64,000 nt of DNA. It comes from the human T2T-CHM13v2.0 reference genome, Homo sapiens. Each line of letters starts with the position of its first letter. Position 1 is the first letter of the stretch. A program made the position numbers and the translations under genes. The stretch lies in the NCBI GenBank assembly GCA_009914755.4, contig CP068257.2, positions 38,144,001 through 38,208,000 of the forward strand, in the 5' to 3' direction. The notes under the pieces were generated by a model, which had not been told where the DNA came from, made no database searches, and saw nothing but the letters and a program-made list of their open reading frames with translations. Below, piece by piece: positions 1-13,800 of this stretch.

Positions 1-47
1 CTGGGTCTAGTGTTTCTGAGATACTTTTTCCTGAAAAAGCTGAGGCA

Positions 48-406
<359 letters not shown>

Positions 407-1040
407 CTATTTCAGGAGAGGAGAGTATATATGGGCTAATTCTAGAGCTCCTGAGGGTCCATCCCAAAATTTGTAATGAATGCAAATTTGTAATGAATAC
501 CAAAGCGTTCAAATGCTTCATGTTGGAAAGTCTTATGGGTGGAGTCATTTTCATTTGTAGATATGGCTCTGAATATCCATTATCAACCTGTGTGTGCACC
601 CATAAGTCTCTTCCCAGACCTCTCCTTGCCACCATTCCTACTGTATAATGGGTTATATAGAACTCAGCCACCATGTTTATTCACTCAGTACATATTCACT
701 GAGTAGTTGTTATGGATCACTTCTTTGTAGGCACTGGGATGTAAGATTGAGCAAAACCAGGCATTGTTCTTGTTGACATAGAACTTAGAGCCCAGTAGGG
801 AAAACAGGCATTAATTGTGAGCAAAAGTAAATACAAAACAACTACTGTGACAATTGTAACCCCCGAACAATCAGGCCAGGGGTTAGAGACTGCATTGCAG
901 GCCGGTCACTGCACATGTGAGAGCCCTGAGGCCAGAAAGAGTTGATGAGGTTGATAAATTAAAGGAGGTCTGGTGATCGGAGGGTGAAGTTTGGGAAAAA
1001 TTGTAGCTGGAGAGAGAGTTGATGTGGGACTAAGTCAGGT

Positions 1041-1330
1041 CTTTTTTTTTTTAGACGGAGTCTCACTCTGTCGTCAGGCTGGAGTTCAGTGACGTGATCT
1101 CGGCTCACTGCAACCTCCGCCTCACATGTTAAAGCAATTCTCCTGCCTCAGCCTCCTGAGTAGCTGGGACTACAAATGCATGCCACCACGCCCAGCTAAT
1201 TTTTTGTATTTTGAGTAGAGACGGGGTTTCACTATGTTGGCCAGGATGGTCTCGATCTCTTGACCTCATGATCCGCCCACCTCGGCCTACCAAAGTGCTG
1301 GGATTACAGGCATGAGCCACCTTACCTGGC
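1041..1330 (-). mobile_element. Alu, antisense orientation
   Basis: T-run then gagacggagtctcactctgtcgtcaggctggagt ... gggattacaggcatgagccacc. This is the reverse complement of the Alu consensus. Confidence 0.9.
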
Positions 1331-1389
1331 TGTCAAGTCTTAAAATATGATAATGTTAAGGATTATCTGTTTTTATCCTAAATGATGGA

Positions 1390-2116
1390 AATCTTTCAAA
1401 CAAAGTCTGGGCAATCCTTAGCAAAAAGAGCAAAGCTGGAAGCATCACATTACCCAACTTCAGCCTATACAACAAGGCTACAGTAATCAAAACAGCATGA
1501 CACTGGTACAAAAACAGACACATAGACCAATGGAACAGAATAGAGAACCCTAAAATAAACCCATACACCTACAACCATCTGACCTTTGACAAAATCAACA
1601 AAAGTAAACAATGGGGAAAGAACTGCCTATTCAATAAATGGTGCTGGGATAACCAGCTAGCCAAATGCAGAAGAATAAAACTAGGCCCTTACCTCTCACC
1701 ATTCAAAAATTAACTCAAGATGGACTAAAGATTTAAATGTAAAACTTCAAACTATGAAAATCCTAGAAGAAAACCTAGGAATTATCCTTCTTGACATTGG
1801 CTTTGGCGAAGAATTTATGGCTAAGTCTCCAAAAGCAATTGCAACAAAACCAAAAATTGACAAGTGGTATCCAATTAAGCTAAAGAGCTTCCATGCAGCA
1901 AGAGAAATTGCCAACAGAGTAAATGGATAGCCTACAGAATGGGAGAAAATGTTCACATATTCACAAACTATGCATCTGACAAAGGTCTAATATCCAGAAT
2001 CTGCAAGGAACTTAAATCAACAAGCACAAATCAAATAATCCAATTAAAAAATGGGCAAAGGACATGAACAGATACTTCTCAAAAGAAGATGTACAAGATG
2101 ATGGCATGAATAGGAG
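1390..2116 (+). mobile_element. L1 (older L1M/L1P-type) ORF2 3' region fragment
   Basis: Translates in pieces to L1 ORF2-like sequence (...[19 protein letters not shown]...). Typical L1 nucleotide strings are present (aaaaatgggcaaaggacatgaacagatacttctcaaaagaagat). It is diverged and truncated by the Alu at 2133. Confidence 0.75.
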
Positions 2117-2132
2117 AAAGGGAATCTTTCCT

Positions 2133-2428
2133 TTCCTTTTCTTTTTTTGAGACAGAGTCTTGCTCTGTCGCCCAGGCTGGAGTTTAGTGGTGTAGTCATA
2201 GCTTGCGGCAGACTCAACTTCCTGGCCTTAAGCAATCCTCCTGTCTTGGCCTCCCAAATATCTAGGACCACAGGCACATGCTACTACACACTGCTATTTT
2301 TAATTTTTTTGTAGAGATGGGATATTGTTATGTTTTCCAGGATGGTCTTGAACTCCTGGCCTCAAGTGATCCTCCTGCCTTGACCTCCCAAAGTGCTAAG
2401 ATTACAGGTGTGAGCCACTGCATCCAGC
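2133..2428 (-). mobile_element. Alu inserted into the old L1, with target-site duplication
   Basis: Antisense Alu (tttttttgagacagagtcttgctctgtcgcccaggctggagt ... gtgagccactgcatccagc). It is flanked by the direct repeat gaaagggaatcttt(c/t)c at 2117-2132 and 2430-2445. Confidence 0.9.
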
Positions 2429-4621
2429 TGAAAGGGAATCTTTTCAATGGTGGGTGGCAACCAGTTGTTTACTCGGAGATGCCTGGTAGGACAGGAGAGA
2501 AAGCAAGAGGGCAGGGCTCGAGATATGGATTTGAGAACTGGAGAGAGTTGGCATAAATAAGAATCTTCCAAGTGGATAAACTCCTATAAGGAAATCGTGT
2601 AGCCAGCAGAGGCCAGGATGTTGTGTTGGGTGACTGTGGACAAAAAGAGTCAAACTTCGTAAAGTGTTTGAAGAGATTTATCCTGAGTCAAATATGAGTG
2701 GCCAATGGTGCGTGACAAAGCCCTCAGGAGATCCTGAGGACAGTGCCCAAGGTGATCAGGATTACAACTTAGTTTTATACATTTTAGGGAGACATGAGAC
2801 ATCAATCAAATACATGTAAGATGTACATCCAGGTCATAGGTAGATTCAAAGATTTTCTAATTGGCAATTGGTTTAAAGAGTTAAATAAACGCCTAAGGAC
2901 CTGGAAACAATAGTGGGGAATGTCTGGGTTAAGATAAGGGGTTGTGGCGACCAGGGTTCCGATTATGCAGAGGAAGTCTCCAGGTTGCAGGCACAGAGAG
3001 AATAGATCATAAATGTTCTTATCAGAGTTGATCCTCTCCTGGATCAGGAAAAAGTAAGGAAAAGGAAGAGGATTCTCTTCAGAAGGTAATTTACCCCATG
3101 AGTCAGCTTTGCAGGCCTATTTCAAGATATGGCAAATAAAACATATTGGGGGTTAAATATTTTGATTTCCTTCTTTACCTGTCATGTGATGCTATGCCAG
3201 AGTCAGGTTGGAAAGCAGCCCGCATTATATAGTGTTCAATGAAACCCCTCTGATGAGGGTTTGTAGGGTGGACTCCCCAGTCCCTTAGATAAGAATTTGG
3301 GCAAGAGAAGAAAAAGATCAGCCATTGGTCCTTAGTGACAACCAAAGCTAGTGGCCACAGGGAGGTTCTCGGGTGGGAGGAGACATTGATCTTTCCCAGT
3401 GCTCTGCCCCCCATCTGACTGTTTGCTCTATAAAGCAAAAGGGAGAGCAAAGAGGAAAGGGAGGTTTTAAGTGAGGCAGGTGACTGTGGGATTCAGGGTC
3501 TTCTTTACAGTTTTCTCCTATTCTGTACAGGGGAAGGTTACTGCTGATAAGACACAGCTGAGAGAGGGACGAGCTCCCGGGACCTAAAGTGACCAGAAAT
3601 ACAGCTCCTGAGTCTTGAGGCACAGCTGCGGCGTGGTTTACTTAGGGTTTGTTCTAGCAAGGACATTAACCGTCCTCCAGTGTTTATTCTGAAGAAATGT
3701 TTGGTTGGCCTTCCTCATCTCACTGCCTGACCTTGCAGTATAGAAAAATACTGATCATCTTGGCTCTTAAACAGGTGGAACTAAATGCCTAGCTCAACAC
3801 AGGTAACACAGTCAGGGAAAGTTGGTGTTTAGGGTTGGATGCCTCCTGTTTCATCTGAAAATCAAATCAAGGTCAAGAAGTTTCCATTTGGTGTAGCTCC
3901 CTCCTCCCTCCTTTTCATCTCCCAGCTGCAGAATAGGGTTATTTGGCCTGCACAGATTGTATGATTCCGTAGTGACACGTGTGGCCTCCGGGGTACATAA
4001 AGACTGGCCTTGGAGTGAAATAATCTCAGCACTTCGCACAAGGCACTGGAAGGAACTGGGGTTTCAGAGGGATGCTTGTTCTGTTGGCATTGTGTGGCCC
4101 GGACTTCTCACAGGGTGAGGCTGGGGCTCACCCACCCCATTATCCCCACACTCACCCTGCTGGGCTCTGTCCACTTGACTGCCATTGACCCGAGGTGGGA
4201 GTGCAGGAGGAGTGTGGTTATTACATCACGGACCCTCGGGGCGCAGACTCGGCTGTTTTCTCTTCTTCTTAACAAGCAATTCAGAGTTCATGGAAAGGGC
4301 ATTGCGGCTTCCCTGGGGGAACTGTTTTCAAATTCCATTTCTCACGCTTAAAACAAAAATCAAAGTTCAAAGAGATCTTGGATCAGAGAGATTTGCCTTG
4401 AGGTCAGGGAGAATACCTAATCTGAGTTGTGTTTTAGAGTCATACTTTCTTTCTGTTTTTTTTAATGATGTCCAGGGACAAAACAAAGAGTAGTAATCAT
4501 GTTTATCCAAATGCTGGCTTAGCCTTAGAGAACTCTCACCTTCTTCAGTTCTGCCTCTCCCGGGACCTAAAGCCAGTGGGCCCCTCCTCCACCCTGGCAT
4601 CCTCGCCTCCTGGTCCTGCTT

Positions 4622-4718
4622 ATGGAGGGGACTGTTCCTGGTGGCGGCTTACTCCTTCCCTTTCACGTGTTGTTCTTGCAGGGGCAGTTTAGCCCCCACA
4701 ATGTGCCTGGGTACACAG
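4622..4718 (+). CDS. IGSF5: Candidate first coding exon of the Ig-superfamily gene: ATG plus 32 codons (MEGTVPGGGLLLPFHVLFLQGQFSPHNVPGYT) plus 1 nt, donor ACAG|gtgaagtg, ends in phase 1
   Basis: ATG at 4622 is the first in-frame ATG after an in-frame TAA at 4568. The peptide has a hydrophobic stretch compatible with a signal or anchor segment. The exon ends in a consensus donor and leaves 1 nt (G), which joins GT at the start of exon 2 to make Gly, matching the phase-1 acceptor at 5997. With this exon the assembled protein is 406 aa, close to the roughly 407 aa I recall for IGSF5. No transcript evidence is available here. Confidence 0.5.
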
Positions 4719-4817
4719 GTGAAGTGCTAATGTGCTACTGTGTGTCCAACGGTGTGATTCCTCCCCAGAAACCTTTAGGGCTATAATGAGATTCTTTTAG
4801 AACCTGCCTTGCCATTT

Positions 4818-5101
4818 TTTTAGACAGAGTCTTGCTCTGTTGCCCAGGCTCTAGTGCGGTGGCGTGATCTCGGCTCACTGTAACCTCTGCCTCCTGGGTT
4901 CAAGTGATTCTCTGCCTCAGCCTCTCGAGTAGCTGGGCTTACAGGGATCCACAACCACGCCTGGCTAATTTTTGTATTTTCAGTAGAGATGGGGTTTCAC
5001 CATGTTAGCCAGGCTGGTCTTGAACTCTTGACTTCAGGTGATCCGCCCTCTTCGGCCTCCCAAAGTGCTGGGATTACAGGTGTGAACCACTGCACCTGGC
5101 C
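4818..5101 (-). mobile_element. Alu, antisense, about 100 bp downstream of the exon-1 donor
   Basis: tttttttagacagagtcttgctctgttgcccaggct ... gggattacaggtgtgaaccactgcacctggcc. The flanking direct repeat ccttgccattt (4807-4817 and 5104-5114) is a target-site duplication. Confidence 0.9.
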
Positions 5102-5977
5102 TACCTTGCCATTTGACTTTACAAGGCAGAAGGAAAGGGAGGAGCTGCAGTTTTTGGGGCTACCCAGTGTATATGTTGGCAGACCACCTGGTTCACCCAC
5201 AGGGATCCCACAACACCAGAAGGTAGTAGGACATGTTGCAGTGTCACTGATGGGGTGGGCACAAACTAGGAGAAGCCACGGTATGTGGTCTGCCAGGGTG
5301 TCTTCTTGCTATAAACTCTGAATGACATCAGAAGGGAAAAGAGTACGAAATTCAGAGTGAAAGGCCTGAGTTTGGGTCCCAGCCCCACTGCTGTGAATGC
5401 AAATCCTGGGATGTTGCCAGCTGGCAGAGTTGGTTTTTTATGGAGGCTCTGAGGGAAGGTCTTCCATGCCTCTTCCTTAGCTTCTGATGTTGCTCCAATC
5501 CTTGCCATTCCTTGGCTTGTAGATGCATCACTCCAGTCTCTGCATCCGTCCTCACATGATGTTCTTCTCTGCAGGCCTCTGTGTCTCAAATCTCACTCTG
5601 CATTTCTCTTATAGGGACACCTGTGAGTGGATTTAGGGCCCATTCTAAACCCAGGTTGATTTCATCTTGAGATCCTTACCTAATTACATCTGCAAAGACC
5701 CTATTTTCAAAGGTTCCATTCTGAGGATCCGGTGGACATGTGTTTTGAGGAATACTATTCAACCCAATACAGCTGTAGAGTTAGGGGGTAGAGTGGAAAG
5801 GAGGGCATGGCAGTGGCTTCCACCGGAAGCACCTGATCTGCCAGGGAGAGCTGGTGTTCGGATTCAAAAGACACAGTCTGAGTCACTGGATGGACAACCT
5901 GGGGGTTACCACTGGTAAATACAGAAAGGTTACAGCACACAGTTGATTTATGGAGATCCATTCATTTAACAACTTGA

Positions 5978-6334
<357 letters not shown>

Positions 6335-7844
6335 TGAAGTCCATCAGGTTAAATGTCAGAGGGCAGGAAGGACCTTCTAAAGTTCATGCCGCGTATGATG
6401 GCAGACGTGGTCTACCTTCAGTTGGTGTTGACCTACAATTATTCTGAACTGATGAATGTTTTGCGATTTATTTGTCGCCTCCTTCCTCCCTCATGCTCTC
6501 CCTACCTCCTCACTTCTTCTTCCCTTCTCCCCCTCTCTTCCTTCCTGTGTGCTCTAGCCTTCAGTTGGCAATAGGCTTAGAATTATTCTGGATGGACTAA
6601 TGTTTATTGTTTCGTTGATTTATCCCCCTTCTTCCTCACTTCCTCCCATCTTTCCCTTTTTCCTGCTTCATTCTCTTTCTCCTTCCATCTTTGCTTTCCT
6701 TTTTTCTGGTTAAGACTGATAGAGACAGATTTTATCACTTCCCCTTTGAATCCATTTTAGTATTTAACAGCCTTTCTGGAAACGTATCCTGGAATTCTTC
6801 TAGGGCCAGTTGCAGTCATTTTTCTTTGATTTAGAGACAGTTGTCAATCACTGCCCTTTCTCTAGTTTTTCCATATACATGACTATATTTCTCTGCTTGC
6901 ATCATTTATCAACTCTGAAGCATGCTTTAACTCTTTCCTCTTTCCAGCAGAATCCCCCCAACTTATTTCTCTACCCTGCCTCCAACTACAGTGGGATAGT
7001 CATTATAGTCAAAGTTGTGTGTTCACCAAATATATCAAGTCATTGAGAGAAAAGAAAAGAATAAACAAAATTTATAATAATAGCTTATTTTTCATTTTAG
7101 AGGTAATTTGGAGGTGCTGAAGATAATGTTACACAGTAAAAAAGTAAAAGGATGCTTTACAAAGATTTGGAATAGTCTTACCAAAATTTAATCACTTTGC
7201 ATTCTTTAAAAGTGTATTTATACTCTATTTAAAGATATAGAGTGCCTGATTTCCATGGCAGCATTTCTTATAAGAGAATATATTATATCTTATAAATTAT
7301 TTCTTATCTCTATATATTTACTTGTCTGGAAGAAATTCCCAAAGATTTTGTTCATATTTATGTTGCTATTAAATCAGATTTGATAGCCTTTGGTGGAGAC
7401 ATGTCTACCTATTTCTATTTGTGTTTTAAAAAATGTTTTTTATTTTAGAAATTTAGCTAAATTGGTGTGTCTTACTTTTGTGTGTTTTTAATTTTGTGTA
7501 GTTTAATTAGGGGCACAATTCTATTTTCTAAATAAGTGATTTTATAAGGCTATTTAGGACTGTTGGCCTATGTTGCATAACCAGATTCTTATTATGATAA
7601 TTTGTGATATAAGAGAAAGAACAGAGGAAAAAAGAATCAAAGATATAAATTCTGGTTTTGGCTTCATCAGTTATCTATCAGAGAGACCCCTGAGATGGCT
7701 CAATTTCTTCATCTTTAACCTGGAGATGAATCTTCCCGGCCCACCTCATGGGTTTGTTGTGTGGATCAGGTGAAAAAATGGCTAAAGATGGTTTGATGAC
7801 TCCAAAGTCCTGTCTGATTCAATTCCCTGCACATTAAGTTGGGA

Positions 7845-8070
7845 GCCAGAGTGGTCTAGTGGTCAGGAGTGCAGACTTGGGGCTTGGCTGCCTGGGTCCA
7901 TGTTACTGCTTTATGACAATGTGTGACCTGGGACACAATTACTTAATGACTTTGAGTCCTAGTGTCCTCATCATAGGGCTGCCGTGGTGTCAAATGAGTA
8001 GGTCTATGTAAAGCCTTTACCACACCTGGCTCATAGCAATCACTGTATGGCCATTTGCTATTATTTATTG
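7845..8070 (+). mobile_element. MIR (ancient SINE) fragment
   Basis: gcctgggtccatgttactgctttatgacaatgtgtgacctgggacacaattacttaatgactttgagtcctagtgtcctcatca... matches the MIR core (gcctgggttcgaatcccggctctgccacttactagctgtgtgaccttgggcaagttacttaacctctctg...cctcagtttcctcatc). Confidence 0.6.
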
Positions 8071-9656
8071 TGCTCCCAATAAAAGCATGCCATTGTGTTG
8101 GTTATTTAAGAGTGACTCAAAGAGGAATAGAATAAGACACAGTTTCTTTCTTTAGAACCTCACAAGAAGAGTGGATAATGCAAGTTGCACAAATAATAGG
8201 GATGCCAGCCACCCAGATGCTGGCAAGTGAGATGGAAGGGAGGCAAGCTCAGGTTCCAGTCGGGAGGGGAGCTGACAGAGTCAATAAAGCCTTCATGGAT
8301 GATTTCATGGAGAAGGTGCCATTGGAGATGTGCCTTCCAGGTCTGTAGATGGTAGACAGAATGGGAAAGCAAGAGAGGAGGAGGGCATCCCTGGAGCAGG
8401 GAAACACAGGATCACAGGCATGGCTTATTACTGCTGTACTTATGACACATCACATTCAGAAACCATGTGGTTTTGTAGCATCTTTTCCCAAAGTCACAAG
8501 TCTACAAATTTGTCTGAATCCCGCTGACTTTTTATATATTGGTAATTATGGTAGTTTTTGGTTTTAATACAGATGAAAGAGCAAGCATCTAGAGAAGGCA
8601 AAGACTTCTCCAAGATATTGCGAGAGGAACCCATAGAGCTTGGCCTGAACTTCATCCCTTTATCCTCATCTCATTGCTCTGAATGGCACTTAGTTCCTAG
8701 AGGAGCAAATGTTCTCTGAGCAACAGGGTCTCCCTCAAGGGAGAAAGAATCTTGAAAAAAGAGGAAACAACCATGAATTATTCTATGATTTTTTCACCTC
8801 CTTATATGTCAACAAAATAGAGATGACATAACTCCAAATTGAGTCATCTGAAATCCATGTGAATATTCTAGTATCACTTTTGTATAAAGGGTTTGTCATG
8901 CTACTGGCTAACCTTTGTGAAAGCCAGTGGGGGAAAGTGGAATCCCAAGTGTATACAGAAAAAGGAAATCCTTCAGATCGCTGAGTTGGTCCACTTGCTG
9001 CCTTATCCACCAATCAATCACACACCAAACTCTAGACCTCTTATGTTTTGAGGGCTGCAAGGACTTGAGTTCAAGAGCTTCTGTTATTAACTGAGACAAT
9101 ATCATTCCTCCCAGTTCTGTCATCTTAAACCGTCTCTCTGTCAAACAAAACAAACACAAAACCCTTTAGACTCAAGGGACAAACCCTTTCTCCACTCCTT
9201 GTTGCATTTACAGTAGCCCTTGAATTAGCAAAAGTGCCTTTCTTATTCCAAGGGAATATTCAGGAAGGAATAATTGGGAAGCTAACATTTCAGAGCAAAA
9301 AGATCTTTCAGAGCCGACCCAGTTCACTGTAGTCTAGGGACTCCTTGATGTACCCTGAGATCCTTTCAGGGTGGTCTATGAAGTCATGATTGTTTTCATA
9401 ATAATATGAAGATTCCTATTATTGTTGCCTTTTTCACCCTTCTTCTCACAAGTGCACAGGAGAGCTTTCCACTATACATTGGGAAGGTCTGCATGCCTCA
9501 GAATTTTCCAGATGACTGAAGTGTAACAAAATCATGCAAGGATAAAAGGTCCATTCAAAGTGCCAGATAGTGCAATGGGTTTCAACATAACAGAAAATGA
9601 AAGTTCCTTGATAGAGTTTCAGATTCCACTGTGTAACAAACATTTAAGAAACCTCA

Positions 9657-9952
<296 letters not shown>

Positions 9953-11323
9953 GAGAAAAGTAAGTTTTGGTACAGTATTCAAGAATATCCACAATTATCT
10001 GAAAAAGCTATTAAATACTCCTCACTGTTCCAACTACATATCTGTATGAAGTCAGGTTTTCTTTACATCCTTCAAACAAAGCAGTATATTGCAACAGACT
10101 GAATGAAGAGACAGCTATGAGAATCCAGCCAGACATTACAGAGATTTATATAAGTATAAAACAATGTCACTCATCTTATTAATTTTTTTAGTTTAAAAAT
10201 GTGATTCGTTTCCATGAAAATATGTTAATCAAAATTAACATGTAATAAATTATTATTTTAAAATATATGTTTAAAATAATTGTTTAACTTTAATTTCAAA
10301 TATGATAAATATTGGTAGATAAAACCCACACAAATGAAAGGTCTTTGGAGTCCTCAATGCTTTTGAAGAGTGTAAAAGGTACTGAGACCAAAGTGTTTGA
10401 GAAGTGCTGATCTGGTCAAACTATCTCATTCAGTAAGTACAACAAAGAGAGCCAAAAAAATTCAGTGACTTGCCCAAAGTGATGACAATTTTCTGGCAGA
10501 ACCAAGATTGGGAACAAATTTTTTCATTCTTAGTTCAGTATTCTTTCCATTATGTTGTGTAGTCCAGAGTTTCAGCATGTTTTTCTTGGACATATATGTA
10601 TACACATTTCACTAAGGCTGTGTCTTTACTGGGGCCAATCCTCAGGTTGTTTTAGTCACACTTGTGAAAACAAGTACTATTTTCATATGGGTTGTTTGCA
10701 GTATGAATGCTGACCTATGCGAGAGTGTTCTTAATAAAAAAATAACTTATCTAAGTTATTCTGGCACATGATTTGGGTTAGTTATTTCTGTAAATATTAG
10801 ATTGGAATTCGATTTAATTTGTAATGAGAAACCTATGTTAAGGCAATACCCTAGGAAGTTATGTTTAAGACCATATGACCCTAGAAATAAATAAAAATGT
10901 ATCTGATTGACCAAAACTCCAGGGGAGACTTGCGTCTGACCCTGGGCTGTGTCCTCGTCACAGTGAGAAGAAGGTGAAGCTCGTTTCTCTTTTTCCCTTT
11001 GCTCCCTCGACAGCCCAAGATAATTCTGTAGCTCACTTCAGGGATTGTATAACCCCCCTATGGCATGCACTTTTCTTTCCCACATAATTATTTCCCCCTG
11101 GTTTCTGACTTTTATGAAGCATTTTCTATGTAACTTTGCTTTCTTGTGAGCAACCTCACCTTCTTCAGAGACTCTGGCAGGTGTACAAAAAAGACCCAGA
11201 TAAAATCTGAGTTAAGATTTCCTAGTAGAGACACAGCCTCTTTGGGCTTGGGAAAATAGGTCTCACAAAATGTAATTTGAAGCAAAACTTAAAAAAAAAA
11301 AGAAAAAAAAAAAGAAAACTTAG

Positions 11324-11680
<357 letters not shown>

Positions 11681-13429
11681 TGAAGACATTCTGCTTTATA
11701 TGAAATGAATGATTATTTCATGCTTCAATATTACGTAGAATGCTCCTTCATCCACGATGCCTGGAAAAATCATATGGCGACCTTGATTTTGGGTGGGGAT
11801 GATAAGGCCAATCACATCTGCTGTCAGCTTAATAATCTTATACCCTCGTCTGCTTTTTAAATTCCATCTTAAAGTTTTTTTTCTCCTATTACATTTGAAA
11901 ACCATTTAGAATCTTGCCAATTATTTATCATCAAAGAGCATCAAGTTTGGAGACAAATGCTTGAATTAAACATTTGTGTTTCTAGCTTTTACCTACCACT
12001 GTTTCAGTTTGATCCCACCCCCTGAGCCAGTATGAAGCAGGTCTTCATACTGGAGGAGGGTGTTCAGGTCTCCCTGGATTTCTTCCAATCTTAGTGGAAT
12101 TATAATGCTTCATTTTCTTCCCCACCAAATCTACAATGTGTTTGAAAGTGTCAAGTCTATATGTATATAGTTTAACTTGACTAAATGACAGAACTTTAAA
12201 GTTTAGATCCCCCTAAAGAATCTCCTGTGGGGTTTTTGGTGTACCAGACACTCTAACCACATTCCTTGAAGGGGCCCATAGCGCCTGTGAGCTTTGAGTC
12301 AGCCTGGACAGGGTGGGCCCGGGATGCTGGAGATTGACTTTAACTTAACATTTTACAAAAAAGGAAGTGAGGCCCGGAGAAAGTCTGTGCTTTCATCCGG
12401 GTCACACAGCCAAAGTGGCAGAGCTGGGCCTAGAAGCTGAGAAGAGCTTTTCTTTTCGTGTCTAAAGCTTTTCCCACCATGAAAACACCTTTACCTGAGA
12501 TCTTCCAAAGTTCAGAACAAAGCCATAGCCAAAGCCAAATAATGATGGTAACGATAATAAACAGCACCCTATAGCTCTTACCAAGTTATCAGGCACTATT
12601 CTGAGCACTTCTCAGGTATTCACAGAATTAACCGGCCCTACAGCCGTATGAGTGTTGCTGTTATTCCTATTGTAAAGGCAAGGTGACCGGGACAGTGCTG
12701 TTGGGATTGTGCACACGTCTGTAGAGTGAGTAAATGACAGGGCAACCTGTACTCACCTGTAGAGTGAGTAAATGACAGGCAGTCTGTCTCCAGAAACTGC
12801 TCACCTGGCAACTCTGCCCACCGTGTGAGCAGCCACTTGGAGGGTATAAGAGGTCCCATGGCTGCCGTAACGGAGGACCACAGGCTTGGTGGCTTAAACA
12901 ACAGAAATGGATTTTCTCACAGTCCTGGAGGTTGGAAGTGTCATCAGGGCTGGTTCCTCCTGAGGGCTGGGAGGGAGCCTCTGTTCCTTACCTCTCCCCT
13001 TGTTCCTTGTGGTTGCTGGCCATCTTCCTTAGCTTGTAGAAACATCACCCTCCTCTCTGCCTTCATCTTTACTTGGTGTTGTCCCATTTTTTATGGTCTT
13101 TTCTGAGATAAACACTTTTGAACGGTACAGGTTATTTTTGCAAGATGCCTCTCAATTTGGGTCAGTTTGGATCAATTTGGATCAATTTGGATTTGTCTAA
13201 AATTTTTCATCATACTTTGACTTAGGTTACATATTTTTGGCAAGATATAGGTAATGTAATGTGGTCACAGGATGACAATTTTCATTGGCGTAAGTTTGAC
13301 CGTTTGGTGAAGGTGGCATACCCTGAATTTATCCAACATAAAAGTACCTTTTTTGACTTTATAATTAATATGTAGCCAATAGATATTGTGGGAATATCCT
13401 GTTTACCCACAACCTTTCACCTAATACAA

Positions 13430-13800
13430 TTTTTTAAAAAAACTTTTATTTTAGGTTCAGGGTTACACATACTGGTTTGTTGTATAGGCAAACTCATGTC
13501 ACAGGGGATTGTTGTACAAATTATTTTATGACCTATGTACTAAGCCTAGTACCCATTAGTTATTTTTCCTGCTTCTCTCCCTCCTCCCACCCTCCACCCT
13601 CAGATAGACCCCAGTGTGTGTTGTTCCCCTCTATGTATCCTTGTGTTCTCATCATTCAGCTCCCACTTATAAGTGAGAACATGCGGTATTTGGTTTTCTG
13701 TTCCTACATTAGTTTGCTAAGGATAATGACCTCCAGCTCCATCCACGTCCTTGCAAAGGAGATGATTTTGTTCTTTTTTTACCTACTAACTTTTACATTC
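13430..13800 (-). mobile_element. L1 3' end (L1P-type), antisense
   Basis: This is the reverse complement of the L1 3' UTR and ORF2 end: tttattttaggttcagggttacacat ... ccagtgtgtgttgttcccctctatgtatccttgtgttctcatcattcagctcccacttataagtgagaacatgcggtatttggttttctgttcc. The 175-aa ORF 13477..14004 is an artefact of this element plus adjacent T/C-rich low complexity. Confidence 0.8.

Noticed and set aside
4465-4692. 75-aa ORF overlapping the candidate exon 1 in another frame
   Set aside because: It is in frame 1, whereas the frame that splices correctly into exon 2 is frame 2 (ATG 4622). It has no compatible donor.
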